64,000 nucleotides of DNA from Gammaproteobacteria bacterium. Lineage in GTDB: Bacteria; Pseudomonadota; Gammaproteobacteria; Eutrophobiales; Eutrophobiaceae. The notes under the pieces are model-generated. The model saw only the letters and a program-made list of their open reading frames with translations. It was not told the DNA's origin and did not search any database. The position numbers were made by a program, and so were the translations under genes. Shown here one piece after another: positions 10,116-20,439 of this stretch (positions are counted from its first letter, which is position 1; each line of letters begins with the position of its first letter). The stretch spans positions 2,016,001 to 2,080,000 of the forward strand of contig OZ244905.1 in the NCBI GenBank assembly GCA_965221695.1, in the 5' to 3' direction.

Positions 10116-10871
10116 ATGGGGATGGAAATCTGGCAATACATCGTTCTATTACTCGTTGGCATTGCGGTCGGTTTTGTCAACGTGATGGCCGGCGGAGGCT
10201 CGCTGTTAAGCATCCCGGTCATGCTGTTCATGGGCGTGCCGGCGCCGGTGGCCAACGGCACCAACCGGATTGCGATACTCGCGCAGATGGCGACCGCAGT
10301 CATTGCATTCTTCAGGAAAGGCTATTCCGATTTCAAACTCAGCCTGACCCTGGCCCTGGCCACGGTGCCCGGCGCGCTGGCCGGCGCGCTGGTTGCCGTT
10401 CGCCTTGAAGGCGCTTGGTTCAACCGGATCCTCGCAGTCATCATGCTGGTGGTAATGCTGTTCATGGCAACACAAAAGCACGGTCAGGCTTATACCCGAT
10501 CGCCACTGCACAAGCCGCGGCTGATACTCGCGCATGTTTTGATGGCTATCCTGGGAATCTACGGCGGTTTCATACAGGTCGGGGCAGGTTTTCTGTTCTT
10601 GCCGATCCTGTACAAGACCCTGGGTATGGACCTGGTGCGGGTGAATATGCACAAGTCGTTCATCATCACCGTGTACACCACCGTTGCGCTGATCGTGTTT
10701 GCCTGGCAATCAGAACTGTTCTGGGTCCTGGGCCTTACCCTGGCCGCTGGCACCTCCATCGGGGCCTGGCTCAGCGCACATGTACAAGTCACGCATGGCG
10801 AGAGAGTCATCAGGCTGGCGCTGAATACCGTGCTGGTTCTTTTCATCGTCAAGCTGCTATTCTTTGATTAA
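10116..10871 (+). CDS. TSUP (TauE/SafE) family membrane transporter
   Basis: MAGGGSLL, ANGTNR, GIYGGFIQVGAG; about 8 transmembrane segments. Confidence 0.9.
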   Translation: MGMEIWQYIVLLLVGIAVGFVNVMAGGGSLLSIPVMLFMGVPAPVANGTNRIAILAQMATAVIAFFRKGYSDFKLSLTLALATVPGALAGALVAVRLEGAWFNRILAVIMLVVMLFMATQKHGQAYTRSPLHKPRLILAHVLMAILGIYGGFIQVGAGFLFLPILYKTLGMDLVRVNMHKSFIITVYTTVALIVFAWQSELFWVLGLTLAAGTSIGAWLSAHVQVTHGERVIRLALNTVLVLFIVKLLFFD

Positions 10872-10915
10872 GGGAAGCTCTGTAATGTTCGGGTATTGCT
10901 CACATTGGATTCAAA

Positions 10916-11308
10916 ATGCAAAGTAAACCGGAAGATCTGAAATGCTGGAAATGCGGCGCCGGCCTGAACTACCTGCTGATGCCACTGTCAAGAAGCGCCC
11001 ACTGCAAGCAATGCGAGGCGGCGTTGCACGTATGCAGGATGTGCCGCTTTTATGACCCGCGGGTGGCAAAACAGTGCCGCGAGCCGGTCGCCGATGCCGT
11101 CAAGGACAAAGACAGGCCGAATTTCTGTGGTTACCTCGAGTTAAATCCCGATGCGTGGGAACCCGCCGATCATTCGGCATCCGATACGGCCGCCGCGGAC
11201 CTGAATGACTTGTTCGGCCTGGATGCAGAGACCGGAGCAAGCAGCACGGCCGCTTCAGAGGAACAGGCCAGAGAGGAACTGGACGACTTGTTCGATTTGA
11301 ATAAATGA
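10916..11308 (+). CDS. Small Cys-rich putative zinc-binding hypothetical protein
   Basis: CWKC, CKQC, CRMC, C..NFC motifs and an acidic tail. Confidence 0.75.
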   Translation: MQSKPEDLKCWKCGAGLNYLLMPLSRSAHCKQCEAALHVCRMCRFYDPRVAKQCREPVADAVKDKDRPNFCGYLELNPDAWEPADHSASDTAAADLNDLFGLDAETGASSTAASEEQAREELDDLFDLNK

Positions 11309-11350
11309 CGCATCCGAACCTTCGAGATCAGGACGCTGCTTATCTCCCAT

Positions 11351-11520
11351 TACATGTAACTGTAAGCGCTAGCCAGGGTATTCCACCGTCCCACTCCCGC
11401 GGAAGCGGGAGTCCAGTCTGATACTGTGTCGCCCGAAGGGCGACGCTTTGTTTCACTGGATTCCCGTTTGCACGGGAATGGGAGGGGGGCAAGCTGAAAT
11501 GAGGGAGTCCAGTCAAATAG
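11351..11520. repeat. dRS3/REP-like repeat cluster
   Basis: CCACTCCCGCGGAAGCGGGAGTCCAG, GTCGCCCGAAGGGCGAC, CTGGATTCCCGTTTGCACGGGAATGG. Confidence 0.88.
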
Positions 11521-11522
11521 TG

Positions 11523-12317
11523 TTAACCCACCAGGGCGCGCAATTCGGCGCCGGGGTCGTCCGCTCTGAGTAACGCTTCACCAACCAGGAAGGCATGCAC
11601 GTCACGACTGCGCATAAGCTCGATATCTGCGCGGTTTTGTATGCCGCTCTCCGTCACCACGGTCCGGTCCGGGAACATGTCCGGCAACAGGTCCAGGGTC
11701 GTCTGCAGTGACGTTTCAAAGGTATGCAGGTTGCGGTTGTTGATCCCTATAAGGGGGGTGCGCAGCAGCAGCGCGCGCTCCAGTTCTTCGCGGCTGTGTA
11801 CCTCCACCAGCACATCAAGGCCGATATCCTCCGCGGTTGTTGCAAGCTCCTGCATGCGCGCATCATCCAGGGCTGCCACGATCAGCAAGATGCAGTCCGC
11901 GCCGATGGCTCTTGCCTCGTATACCTGGTACGGATCGATGATGAAGTCCTTGCGTAATACCGGCAGGCCGGTCGCAGCCCTGGCCTGTTGCAGGTGCCGA
12001 TCCGAACCCTGGAAATATTTTTCATCGGTCAGTACAGAGAGGCATGCGGCGCCGGCTTTGGTATAGGTTCGGGCAAGTTCGACCGGGTCGAAATCCGCGC
12101 GAATGACGCCCTTACTGGGCGAAGCCTTCTTAATCTCGGCAATCAGCGCCGGGTTACCGCTATCGATTGTGCGCCGCACAGCGTGATAAAACCCGCGGCA
12201 AGGAGCAGCCTTCTCGGCTTGTTGCATTACCTGCGCCTGGGGCACAGACGCTTTTCTTGCAGCCACCCAAGCGCGCTTGTATTCCACTATGGCCGCCAGC
12301 ACGTCAGTCGAATTCAA
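11523..12317 (-). CDS. trpC: Indole-3-glycerol phosphate synthase
   Basis: [30 protein letters not shown]. Confidence 0.97.
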   Translation of the reverse strand: MNSTDVLAAIVEYKRAWVAARKASVPQAQVMQQAEKAAPCRGFYHAVRRTIDSGNPALIAEIKKASPSKGVIRADFDPVELARTYTKAGAACLSVLTDEKYFQGSDRHLQQARAATGLPVLRKDFIIDPYQVYEARAIGADCILLIVAALDDARMQELATTAEDIGLDVLVEVHSREELERALLLRTPLIGINNRNLHTFETSLQTTLDLLPDMFPDRTVVTESGIQNRADIELMRSRDVHAFLVGEALLRADDPGAELRALVG

Positions 12318-12333
12318 TCTGAATACCCTGTTG

Positions 12334-13359
12334 TCAGTTGGCCAGCCGGGCCGTCAGCGACGCAAGCTCATGTAATTTTTTTAATGCCTCTCCCGACGCG
12401 ATGGCCTGCCTGGCGAGTTCGACTCCCTGTTCCATGTCCGGCGTCAGGCCGGCCACGTAGATCGCCGCGCCGGCGTTCAGCAATACGACATCCCGGGCCG
12501 GCCCCGGGTGGTCCTCCAACGCCGATAACATCATATCGCGACTTTGTTCGGCGCTGCTTACGACCAGGTCGGACAGGACCCCGGGGGTTATCCCGAATTG
12601 TTGCGGCGTTACCTGGTATTTTGCAATATTTCCATCCTTGAGTTCGACCACATCGGTAGCGGACGCGTTGCTGATCTCATCAAGCCCGTCCAGGGAATGC
12701 GTCACCATGCAGCGCTCACTGCCGAGCCGTTGCAGTACCTGGGCAAATACATCAAGCATGTCCGCCCGGTACACGCCAATCAACTGGCGCTTGACATAAG
12801 CCGGGTTGGTCAATGGCCCCAGTAGATTGAATATGCTGCGGACCGCCAGCTCCCGGCGCGGCCCGGATGCGTACCGGGTTGCCGGGTGGTGCGCTGGGGC
12901 GAACATGTAGCCCACGCCGACCCGGTTGATGCATTCTGCGACCTGTTCCGGTGTCAGCGCCAGCTTGATGCCAGCCTGTTCCAGCACATCGGCGCTGCCG
13001 GAAATGCCGGAAATCGAGCGGTTGTTGTGTTTTGCCACCTTCCCTCCGGCAGCGGCGATCACGAACGAAGCGGTGGTGGAAATATTGAAGGTGCGCACGC
13101 CGTCTCCACCGGTGCCGACGATGTCCACCAGGTGCGGATGGTCGATGTACACCCGGACGGCAAATTCCCGCATCACGTCGGCCGCGGCGCTGATTTCCTC
13201 AACACTCTCGCCTTTCATCCTCAACGCAATCAGAAAGCCGCCGATCTGCACGTCGCTCAGCTTTCCTGACATCAGCTCTCGCATCACCGACCGCATAGCG
13301 TCATCGGACAGGTCGCTGCCATTGATAATTTCATTCAGTGCGGCCTGGAAATCCATCAA
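12334..13359 (-). CDS. trpD: Anthranilate phosphoribosyltransferase
   Basis: [29 protein letters not shown]. Confidence 0.97.
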   Translation of the reverse strand: MMDFQAALNEIINGSDLSDDAMRSVMRELMSGKLSDVQIGGFLIALRMKGESVEEISAAADVMREFAVRVYIDHPHLVDIVGTGGDGVRTFNISTTASFVIAAAGGKVAKHNNRSISGISGSADVLEQAGIKLALTPEQVAECINRVGVGYMFAPAHHPATRYASGPRRELAVRSIFNLLGPLTNPAYVKRQLIGVYRADMLDVFAQVLQRLGSERCMVTHSLDGLDEISNASATDVVELKDGNIAKYQVTPQQFGITPGVLSDLVVSSAEQSRDMMLSALEDHPGPARDVVLLNAGAAIYVAGLTPDMEQGVELARQAIASGEALKKLHELASLTARLAN

Positions 13360-13943
13360 TGCAAGTCCATCCGGAGAAAGTTTCTCAGCAGGTCATGGCC
13401 GAATGTCGTCAAAATCGACTCGGGATGGAACTGTACGCCGTAAACCGGAAAATCCTTATGCCTTACTCCCATGATCTCATCAATGTCCTCATTTTCCGTC
13501 GTCGTCCAAGCGGTAATTTCCAGGCAGTCGGGCAGTGAATCCTGTTCGATCACCAGGGAGTGGTAACGGGTCGCGACAAACGGGCTTTCAAGTCCGCTGA
13601 ATACGTCCGAACTCCGGTGATGAATATCTGACGTCTTGCCGTGCATGATACGGTTGGCGTGGACGATACGACCTCCCAACGCCTGGCCTATGCTCTGGTG
13701 CCCCAGACATACTCCCAGGATGGGAAGCTTGTGCATGAACTCATTAATCACCGCTACCGATATGCCAGCTTCGCTGGGGGTGCAAGGCCCGGGCGAAATC
13801 ACGATATATTCAGGTTCGAGTTCGTGGATCTGTTGCAGGGTAATCTGGTCATTACGGTAGACGCTTACTTCCTGGTCCAGTTCGCCGAAGTACTGGACCA
13901 GGTTATAGGTAAAGGAGTCGTAATTATCGATCATCAACAACAT
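13356..13943 (-). CDS. trpG: Anthranilate synthase component II (glutamine amidotransferase)
   Basis: [27 protein letters not shown]. Confidence 0.95.
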   Translation of the reverse strand: MLLMIDNYDSFTYNLVQYFGELDQEVSVYRNDQITLQQIHELEPEYIVISPGPCTPSEAGISVAVINEFMHKLPILGVCLGHQSIGQALGGRIVHANRIMHGKTSDIHHRSSDVFSGLESPFVATRYHSLVIEQDSLPDCLEITAWTTTENEDIDEIMGVRHKDFPVYGVQFHPESILTTFGHDLLRNFLRMDLH

Positions 13944-13949
13944 CGGTTC

Positions 13950-14621
13950 TCACCCCGCACGAGCCAGTTCCGATCTCATCGCGGCAATCACTTCCGTATA
14001 ATCCTCACTGCCGAAGACCGCCGAACCGGCGACAAACGTATCCGCGCCGGCGCCGGCGATTTGCGCGATATTGTCCACCTTCACGCCGCCGTCGATCTCA
14101 AGCCGGATATCCTTGCCGGTCGCGTCGATGATGCCCCTGGCGGCGCGCAACTTGTCCAGCGCCGCGGGAATGAAGCTCTGACCGCCGAAGCCGGGGTTGA
14201 CGGACATGATCAATATCATGTCGATCCTGTCGATGACGTAGCGTGCGTGATCCAGCGGCGTAGCCGGATTGAACACCAAACCGGCGCGGCAGCCATGGTC
14301 TCTAATCAGTTGCAGGGTACGGTCCACATGGCGGCTCGCCTCGGGGTGGAAAGTGATGATGTCAGCCCCGGCCGCGGCAAACTCAGGGATGATCCGGTCC
14401 ACCGGTTCGATCATCAGGTGCACATCCATGGGCGCAGTCACGCCGAAATCCCGCAGCGCGCGCACGACCACCGGACCGAATGTAAGGTTCGGCACGTAGT
14501 GGTTATCCATCACATCCACATGGATGTAATCGGCGCCGGCCGCTAGGACCGCCTCCACTTCCTGGCCCAGGCGGGCCATGTCAGCGGAGAGAATGGAGGG
14601 AGCTATCAGGTAATCGGACAT
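13950..14621 (-). CDS. rpe: Ribulose-phosphate 3-epimerase
   Basis: [28 protein letters not shown]. Confidence 0.97.
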   Translation of the reverse strand: MSDYLIAPSILSADMARLGQEVEAVLAAGADYIHVDVMDNHYVPNLTFGPVVVRALRDFGVTAPMDVHLMIEPVDRIIPEFAAAGADIITFHPEASRHVDRTLQLIRDHGCRAGLVFNPATPLDHARYVIDRIDMILIMSVNPGFGGQSFIPAALDKLRAARGIIDATGKDIRLEIDGGVKVDNIAQIAGAGADTFVAGSAVFGSEDYTEVIAAMRSELARAG

Positions 14622-14706
14622 AGGCGGAGATTATATAGGACTTGCAGGAACTTCTCATTATGAGCGTTTGCCCATTCCGGTGAGGAGACGGTTGGTACGA
14701 GCGCGG

Positions 14707-15798
14707 TCAAACATTAAATCTGAACAGTATCACGTCGCCATCCCGGACTATGTAGTCCTTACCTTCCAGGCGCCATTTGCCGGCATTTTTTGCGCCTTGC
14801 TCGCCCTGGTGCGCAATGAAATCGTCATAGGCGATCACTTCGGCGCGGATAAAACCCTTTTCGAAGTCGGTGTGGATGACACCGGCGGCTGCGGCGGCGC
14901 CAGTTCCCTTTTTTATCGTCCATGCCCGGACTTCGCGGGATGTAGTGGAAAAAAAGGTATGCAGCCCCAGTATGTCATAACCGGCGCGGATTAACCGGTT
15001 CAAGCCGGGTTCAGATAATCCCAGATCACTCAGAAATTCAATTTTGCCCGCCTCGTCAAGCTCGCTGATCTCCGTCTCTATGGCGGCAGAAATCACGATC
15101 AGCCCGGCACCGTCATCATCGGCGCGGCGCGCCAGGCGCGCCAACCATATATTGTCGGTAATCCCGGTTTCTTCCACGTTGGCGATGTACAGCGCCGGTT
15201 TTGCCGTCAGCAGGCCCAACTCCTTAGCCAAGTCCCATTCGGCGCTGTCAGCCGGCAGCGCCCTGGCCGGCGCGCCCGTATTGATATGGGCGCTGACATT
15301 GGCGATGGTCCCGACGCGTGACGCGGCCTGCCGGTCGCCGGTTTTCGCAGCTTTTTCCGCCTTGTCATAGGCTCGTTGCAGACTTTCCAGGTCGGCCAGG
15401 CACAGTTCCGTGTGGATGATATCCAGATCCGCAAGCGGGTCTATCCGGCCGCAGACATGGGTGATATTGTCATCCTCAAAGCAGCGCAATACCAGCGCCA
15501 TCGCATGGGTCTCACGGATGTGCCCGAGGAACTTGTTGCCAAGTCCTTCTCCTTTTGACGCGCCGGCTACCAGGCCGGCGATATCGACAAACTCCATCTG
15601 GGCAGGTACCACACGCTCAGGCTTCACTAAACCGGCAATGGCCGATAAACGGCGGTCAGGTGTCGGAACCATGCCGACATTGGGTTCAATAGTGCAAAAC
15701 GGGTAGTTCTCGGCGTCAGCGCCGGCGCGGGTCAACGCATTGAACAACGTGGACTTGCCGACATTGGGCAATCCGATAATCCCGCATTTAAAGCTCAT
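14707..15798 (-). CDS. ychF: Redox-regulated ATPase YchF
   Basis: GLPNVGKST, NYPFCTIEPN, DIAGLV, IHTDFEKGFIRAE. Confidence 0.97.
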   Translation of the reverse strand: MSFKCGIIGLPNVGKSTLFNALTRAGADAENYPFCTIEPNVGMVPTPDRRLSAIAGLVKPERVVPAQMEFVDIAGLVAGASKGEGLGNKFLGHIRETHAMALVLRCFEDDNITHVCGRIDPLADLDIIHTELCLADLESLQRAYDKAEKAAKTGDRQAASRVGTIANVSAHINTGAPARALPADSAEWDLAKELGLLTAKPALYIANVEETGITDNIWLARLARRADDDGAGLIVISAAIETEISELDEAGKIEFLSDLGLSEPGLNRLIRAGYDILGLHTFFSTTSREVRAWTIKKGTGAAAAAGVIHTDFEKGFIRAEVIAYDDFIAHQGEQGAKNAGKWRLEGKDYIVRDGDVILFRFNV

Positions 15799-16115
15799 TA
15801 GCCCGAATATCTCACCAATTGATGCGATGATCGCTGAGGATTTTTTGTGTTAGCGGGTGCTCGTGACCGAAAGCATAGTGGTTCTTCTGGTTGAGGGACA
15901 AATCGTCAGGATAGACGATTTGCACGGCGAAGGCCGCCCGCAGGGTTGCGCACAGGGATGTGTGCAATGAACATGTGCCCGCTAACGCAAAAAAGACCAG
16001 CGAGGGCGCATCAAGCGCTGTGTGTAAAGGCAACATACTCGACAGATTACCATAACTCATTGACAGCAAACATCTATCCGATGCTGACAAGCGAATTGGT
16101 GAGATATTCGGGTTA
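15799..16115. mobile_element. MITE copy 2 (317 bp, with a nested 72-bp hairpin insert at ~15899-15970)
   Basis: Same TIRs and TA flanks as copy 1; near-identical body plus a 72-nt insert. Confidence 0.92.
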
Positions 16116-16706
16116 GCCCGAAGGTTGAGTGTGCAAACGGGTCATGGCCTTGTCCTGCTCGCCGGCAAACAACAGCGGCAAAGCCTCTAGGCCTTTTTGG
16201 ATTGCATCGCTGATCAAGGCCGTATCATCGCGGTCTGGCCTGCCCAAAACATGCGCGAGCACCTTGCTTTTGTCACCCGGATGGCTGATGCCTATCCTCA
16301 ATCTCAAGTAGTCGCTGTCGCCAAGTTTTTCGCTGATATCCCGCAAACCCTTGTGGCCGCCATGGCCACCGCCTCGTTTCAGGCGAATCACCCCGGCGTC
16401 CAGATCGATCTCATCGTGAACAACCAGGATCTGTGCGGTCTCTATACGGTAATAATCGGCGACCGCCCTGAGCGCGCGCCCGCTGCTGTTCATGAATGTC
16501 GTAGGCTTGAACAGCAGGCAGCGCATATCCGTTGCGCTGATCCGAGCAAGTTCACCGAAAAACTTTTTATCCGCCGCAAACTGAGTCTTGTTCGCTTGCG
16601 CAAGCCTGTCGACAAACCAGAAACCGGCATTGTGACGAGTTGCCGAATAATCCTCACCTGGATTGCCGAGGCCCGTGATAAGTTTGAGTCCGGTTGGCTG
16701 ATTCAC
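16113..16706 (-). CDS. pth: Peptidyl-tRNA hydrolase
   Basis: GLGNPG, TRHNAGF, KPTTFMN.SG, HDEID, GGHGGH. Confidence 0.96.
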   Translation of the reverse strand: MNQPTGLKLITGLGNPGEDYSATRHNAGFWFVDRLAQANKTQFAADKKFFGELARISATDMRCLLFKPTTFMNSSGRALRAVADYYRIETAQILVVHDEIDLDAGVIRLKRGGGHGGHKGLRDISEKLGDSDYLRLRIGISHPGDKSKVLAHVLGRPDRDDTALISDAIQKGLEALPLLFAGEQDKAMTRLHTQPSG

Positions 16707-16771
16707 CCGGCAAGGAGACGATCACATTGGACGTGAAGGAAAAAAACGCGGCATAAATGCCCGTCGCTTCC

Positions 16772-17443
16772 TTATTCGTCCTCTCCCTCTGGCTCGGCGT
16801 CCGGCGCTCCCTCCGCCTCGATGTCTTGCAGCGCTTCTTCCGCCTCCTCCTCTTCTTCTACCATTCCCTTCGGCAAACTCACAGTCGCAACCGATGCCGA
16901 CGCATCACCACCGGACAGCAACGCATAAATTTCCACCCCTTCGGGCAGCACAATATCGCTGAGATGCACGGATTCGCCTAACTGTACGTTCGCCATGTCC
17001 ACTTCGATGTATTCCGGCAAGTCCCCAGGCAGGCAGATGATTTCCAGCTCAGTCATGATACGGCTTATGATCCCGCCGCCGCTTTTTACGCCCACGCACT
17101 GCTGTTCATTAATAAAATGAAGCGGCGCCCGCATGGTGATCTTCTGTTTCTCGTCAATTCGCAGAAAATCGATATGCAGAATATCGGGTTTATATGGATG
17201 TCTTTGTAAATCTTTTACTACTACTTGTTCGCTCAGCGCGTCCACATTAAGCGTCAGAACGCTTGAGTAAAATGCCTCGCGGTCGAGCTGGTGCAACACT
17301 TCATCATGCGCCAGCGAGATGGACTGTGGTTCTTTCCCGGCGCCGTAAACGGTGCCCGGGGTTCTACCCGAACGGCGCAGACGGCGGCTTGCGACCTTTC
17401 CCAGCTCGGTTCGGGTCTTTGCATTTAATTCATAAGCTTGCAT
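16772..17443 (-). CDS. rplY: 50S ribosomal protein L25/Ctc
   Basis: GKVASRRLRR, QRHPYK..ILHIDF, LPEYIEVD, acidic tail; pth-rplY-prs synteny. Confidence 0.95.
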   Translation of the reverse strand: MQAYELNAKTRTELGKVASRRLRRSGRTPGTVYGAGKEPQSISLAHDEVLHQLDREAFYSSVLTLNVDALSEQVVVKDLQRHPYKPDILHIDFLRIDEKQKITMRAPLHFINEQQCVGVKSGGGIISRIMTELEIICLPGDLPEYIEVDMANVQLGESVHLSDIVLPEGVEIYALLSGGDASASVATVSLPKGMVEEEEEAEEALQDIEAEGAPDAEPEGEDE

Positions 17444-17453
17444 TTTATAACTC

Positions 17454-18407
17454 TCAATCAATAAACATTGAACTCAACGATTCCCCTTCGAAAATCCGGC
17501 GAATACTTTCCGCCAGCATTGTCCCAACACTTAGCTGGCGGATTTTACCACAATCGGCGGCCGCGTCGCGCAACGGGATGGTGTCTGTTACCACCAGCTC
17601 ATCCAATTGTGACGTGGTAATATTGTCCAGAGCCCTGCCCGACAACACCGGGTGGGTACAGTAGGCCACCACCCGCTCGGCGCCGAAATCCTTCAAGGCA
17701 TTCGACGCGTTGCACAGTGTTCCGGCTGTATCCACCATGTCATCCACAATAATACAGGTGCGTCCCTTAACGTCGCCGATGATATTCATAATCTCTGACT
17801 CGTTCGCTTTCGGTCTGCGTTTGTCGATAATGGCCAGATCCGTATCGTCCAGTTGCTTGGCGATGGCGCGGGCTCTGACAACGCCCCCAACATCGGGCGA
17901 CACCACAATTTGCCCTTCGTACTTGTGCCGCCATATATCACCCAGCAACACCGGCGACGCATACACATTGTCCAGCGGCATATGGAAAAATCCCTGAATC
18001 TGATCGGCATGGAGGTCTACCGTCAGGACCCTGGATATTCCCATGATGCCAATCATATCCGCCACGACCTTAGCTGAGATAGGCACCCTGGCCGACCTCG
18101 ACCTGCGGTCCTGGCGAGCATAACCCATGTAGGGAATCACTGCTGTTACCCGCTCAGCCGAGGCTCTTCTTAACGCATCCGCAATAACCAGCAATTCCAT
18201 CAGGTTGTCATTGGCCGGCGCGCACAAAGATTGTAGTATGAAGACATTGCGACCACGCACATTTTCGGCAATCTCAACCATGATCTCGCCGTCGCTGAAG
18301 CGGCCCACGTTAATCTTGCCGAGAGGCATGTTCAGGTTGCGCGCAATATCCGCCGCCAGGGCCGGATTGGCGTTACCGGAAAACAGCATCACATCATCTA
18401 ATGACAT
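17454..18407 (-). CDS. prs: Ribose-phosphate pyrophosphokinase
   Basis: [34 protein letters not shown]. Confidence 0.97.
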   Translation of the reverse strand: MSLDDVMLFSGNANPALAADIARNLNMPLGKINVGRFSDGEIMVEIAENVRGRNVFILQSLCAPANDNLMELLVIADALRRASAERVTAVIPYMGYARQDRRSRSARVPISAKVVADMIGIMGISRVLTVDLHADQIQGFFHMPLDNVYASPVLLGDIWRHKYEGQIVVSPDVGGVVRARAIAKQLDDTDLAIIDKRRPKANESEIMNIIGDVKGRTCIIVDDMVDTAGTLCNASNALKDFGAERVVAYCTHPVLSGRALDNITTSQLDELVVTDTIPLRDAAADCGKIRQLSVGTMLAESIRRIFEGESLSSMFID

Positions 18408-18563
18408 AGGGAACCTCTGATTAAGTCAGAGGCTCCTACGATACAAGGATGTATCGTCAAAATCAATGACTGTAAGGCATTGATTTTGTGAGGAAAACAA
18501 AAATCGCATTTTTGTTTTCCGTACTCTGACAAGTCCACCCTGGACTTGTTCAGAGTTTCCATA
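18408..18563. mobile_element. Long, multi-hairpin member of the GGAACCTCTGA family (MITE-like), directly upstream of prs
   Basis: Ends GGAACCTCTGA...TCAGAGTTTCC; internal hairpins CGATAC/GTATCG, CAAAATCAATG/CATTGATTTTG, GGAAAACAAAAAT/ATTTTTGTTTTCC, ACAAGTCCA/TGGACTTGT. Confidence 0.8.
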
Positions 18564-18595
18564 AATTTCCCCTGGTGGCAGTTAACCAGATAATT

Positions 18596-18670
18596 TGGCT
18601 GGGGCGCCAGGATTCGAACCTGGGAATGCAGGGATCAAAACCCTGTGCCTTACCACTTGGCTACGCCCCA
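18596..18670 (-). tRNA. tRNA-Gln(TTG)
   Basis: Reverse complement TGGGGCGTAGCCAAGTGGTAAGGCACAGGGTTTTGATCCCTGCATTCCCAGGTTCGAATCCTGGCGCCCCAGCCA; anticodon TTG, T-loop GTTCGAATC, CCA end; usual position between ispE and prs. Confidence 0.97.
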
Positions 18671-18817
18671 TTACACCTGCAAATTCCGATAGACCTCTGC
18701 TGAACACAGTGTCAAAGAAGCTTTGGTTTACAAAGGCGCCTTCAATGAGATTTCGACCGAGAACTGCGGCGAGTTGCAATAGTATAGCATAACTACTGAT
18801 AAGACTGGTCCGCCGAA

Positions 18818-19762
18818 TCAGTCGAACGGCCACACTTCCAGGCCGTGGATCGCATTCCTGATGTCCATGGACAGATTGACGCTGATTACCGTCTTGTTCG
18901 CGTCAAGATCGTACACGGTGATTGTGGAAGGAGAGGAACCGCCAGCGATGAACCTGTCTGAGATGGGACACAGGCCGCGTCCGAAGCCCTGGCGGGCAAT
19001 TCTCGAATCGTCAACGCCGGCAAAACGGATTTCTTCATCCGGGTAACGCTTTATTCTGAATATCCGATCCCCTCCATTCCGGCCCACGTAACGCACACAA
19101 TCGGCCTGAGTATCATTGAACAGCACACCGTCCCTATACGGTCGGGCATTATGGCTGCCCGCCGGCAGGTTACAGATTTCTGACACTTTGAATTCCTTGC
19201 CGAGGCGCAGTAATGCGCCGGTGCGCAAGCCGCTGAAATAGATGCCGGTATCATGCAGGGAAACCATGTTCAGGTGCAACTTGTTCACGAGGTTTGGACC
19301 GTCCGTGGATCCGGGGTTGAACTGATGTATCTGCCACTTGGAATGCGTTTTTTCGACATGCAGACCCCAGGTAAATTCCTCCTGTGTCAGGCTGAACACC
19401 AGGATGCTGTCATAGCCCGTCGAGGTCAGGAACAGCAGGTTGTCTCTTTTGCAAATCTCGTGGCAGTGTTTGAGATACGGATTCTTGTATGCGCGCTGTA
19501 TCTGAAAGTAACGGTTATAAACAAACAGTTCATCGCTGGCGGCGATGTAAATTTCGTCATTATGGAACTCAATGCCGCGCAGTCCGCGGTCCCAGCCTCG
19601 GCCGGTAAAATCGATATCCGAGTTATTCCAGTCCACGTGTTGGAAGGCCTCCCGCTGCTCGAAATCGACGCTGTAGATCCCTCCATGACTGTCGCCTTGC
19701 CGGCTGCCCCGCACCACCGAAGTGGCGATTAACCTGGGTAGACGCGGCGTGTGATCAGACAT
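18818..19762 (-). CDS. Hypothetical protein, probable beta-propeller (TIGR03032/DUF4915-like)
   Basis: Repeated blade-like motifs RGLRGI, HCHEI, LHLNMV, SHNARP, GFGRGL; the family label is inferred. Confidence 0.65.
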   Translation of the reverse strand: MSDHTPRLPRLIATSVVRGSRQGDSHGGIYSVDFEQREAFQHVDWNNSDIDFTGRGWDRGLRGIEFHNDEIYIAASDELFVYNRYFQIQRAYKNPYLKHCHEICKRDNLLFLTSTGYDSILVFSLTQEEFTWGLHVEKTHSKWQIHQFNPGSTDGPNLVNKLHLNMVSLHDTGIYFSGLRTGALLRLGKEFKVSEICNLPAGSHNARPYRDGVLFNDTQADCVRYVGRNGGDRIFRIKRYPDEEIRFAGVDDSRIARQGFGRGLCPISDRFIAGGSSPSTITVYDLDANKTVISVNLSMDIRNAIHGLEVWPFD

Positions 19763-19863
19763 ACGGGTTGTTCAGTAGCGGCGGTCGATATCCACGACAT
19801 TCAACAGACGATCGCCATAGTCGACAAAATCCGAGCTTTCCCGGCTGGGCCTGCGCGTGGCAA

Positions 19864-20439
19864 TTACTGATGTTCATGCTCCCGCGTTTTTGTTGTTGCT
19901 GGCGGCGCGTAATCGAAGATAAACGTAATTCGATCCTCTGCGCCCTTGTTCATCACGCTGTGAACTTTCTGGTTGTTGATCTCATAGGCCTGCCCTGGTT
20001 CCATCCGGTACGGACGGCCATCGATCATGAAACGCACCCTGGAATTGGTGGTGATCGGAACATGGATACGGTGGCTGAAGTGAAATGACGGGTGCGCATC
20101 CCGGTGCGGCTTTATCTTCCCGCCGGCAAGGAGTTTCGCCGCCATGGCGCGAATGATGGCGCCGCCGGGAGGATAGCAACTGCCGATGATCCCGCGCATC
20201 AACGGCAGGGCCTCATCGGCCAGCCGCTCCCAGCCGGGTTGTTTGCTCACTTCGATGTTTGGCCAGCCGGAACCGTCTGTGAAAACCAGCACAATGGATT
20301 CCGTATATCGGTGAACGTCGTATGCATTCTGGCGCAGTTCCTGCTCATACCAGGCAGCCTGTTCCTGGGCAAGAATACGTTCGCGCAAGGTCTCCATATT
20401 TACCGGGCCAAGCGCTTTGATCGGTTCCGCAATGTCCAT
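19864..20439 (-). CDS. Aspartyl/asparaginyl beta-hydroxylase domain protein (2OG-Fe(II) oxygenase)
   Basis: HxD (IKPHRD), RIHVPI, distal H in VHSVMN, RITFIFD. Confidence 0.88.
   Translation of the reverse strand: MDIAEPIKALGPVNMETLRERILAQEQAAWYEQELRQNAYDVHRYTESIVLVFTDGSGWPNIEVSKQPGWERLADEALPLMRGIIGSCYPPGGAIIRAMAAKLLAGGKIKPHRDAHPSFHFSHRIHVPITTNSRVRFMIDGRPYRMEPGQAYEINNQKVHSVMNKGAEDRITFIFDYAPPATTKTREHEHQ

Noticed and set aside
18582-18833. Small ORFs over tRNA-Gln
   Set aside because: Shadow translations of the tRNA gene
18596-20439. tRNA-anchored integrative island
   Set aside because: The extra genes lie 5' of the tRNA; no integrase and no duplicated tRNA 3' end seen
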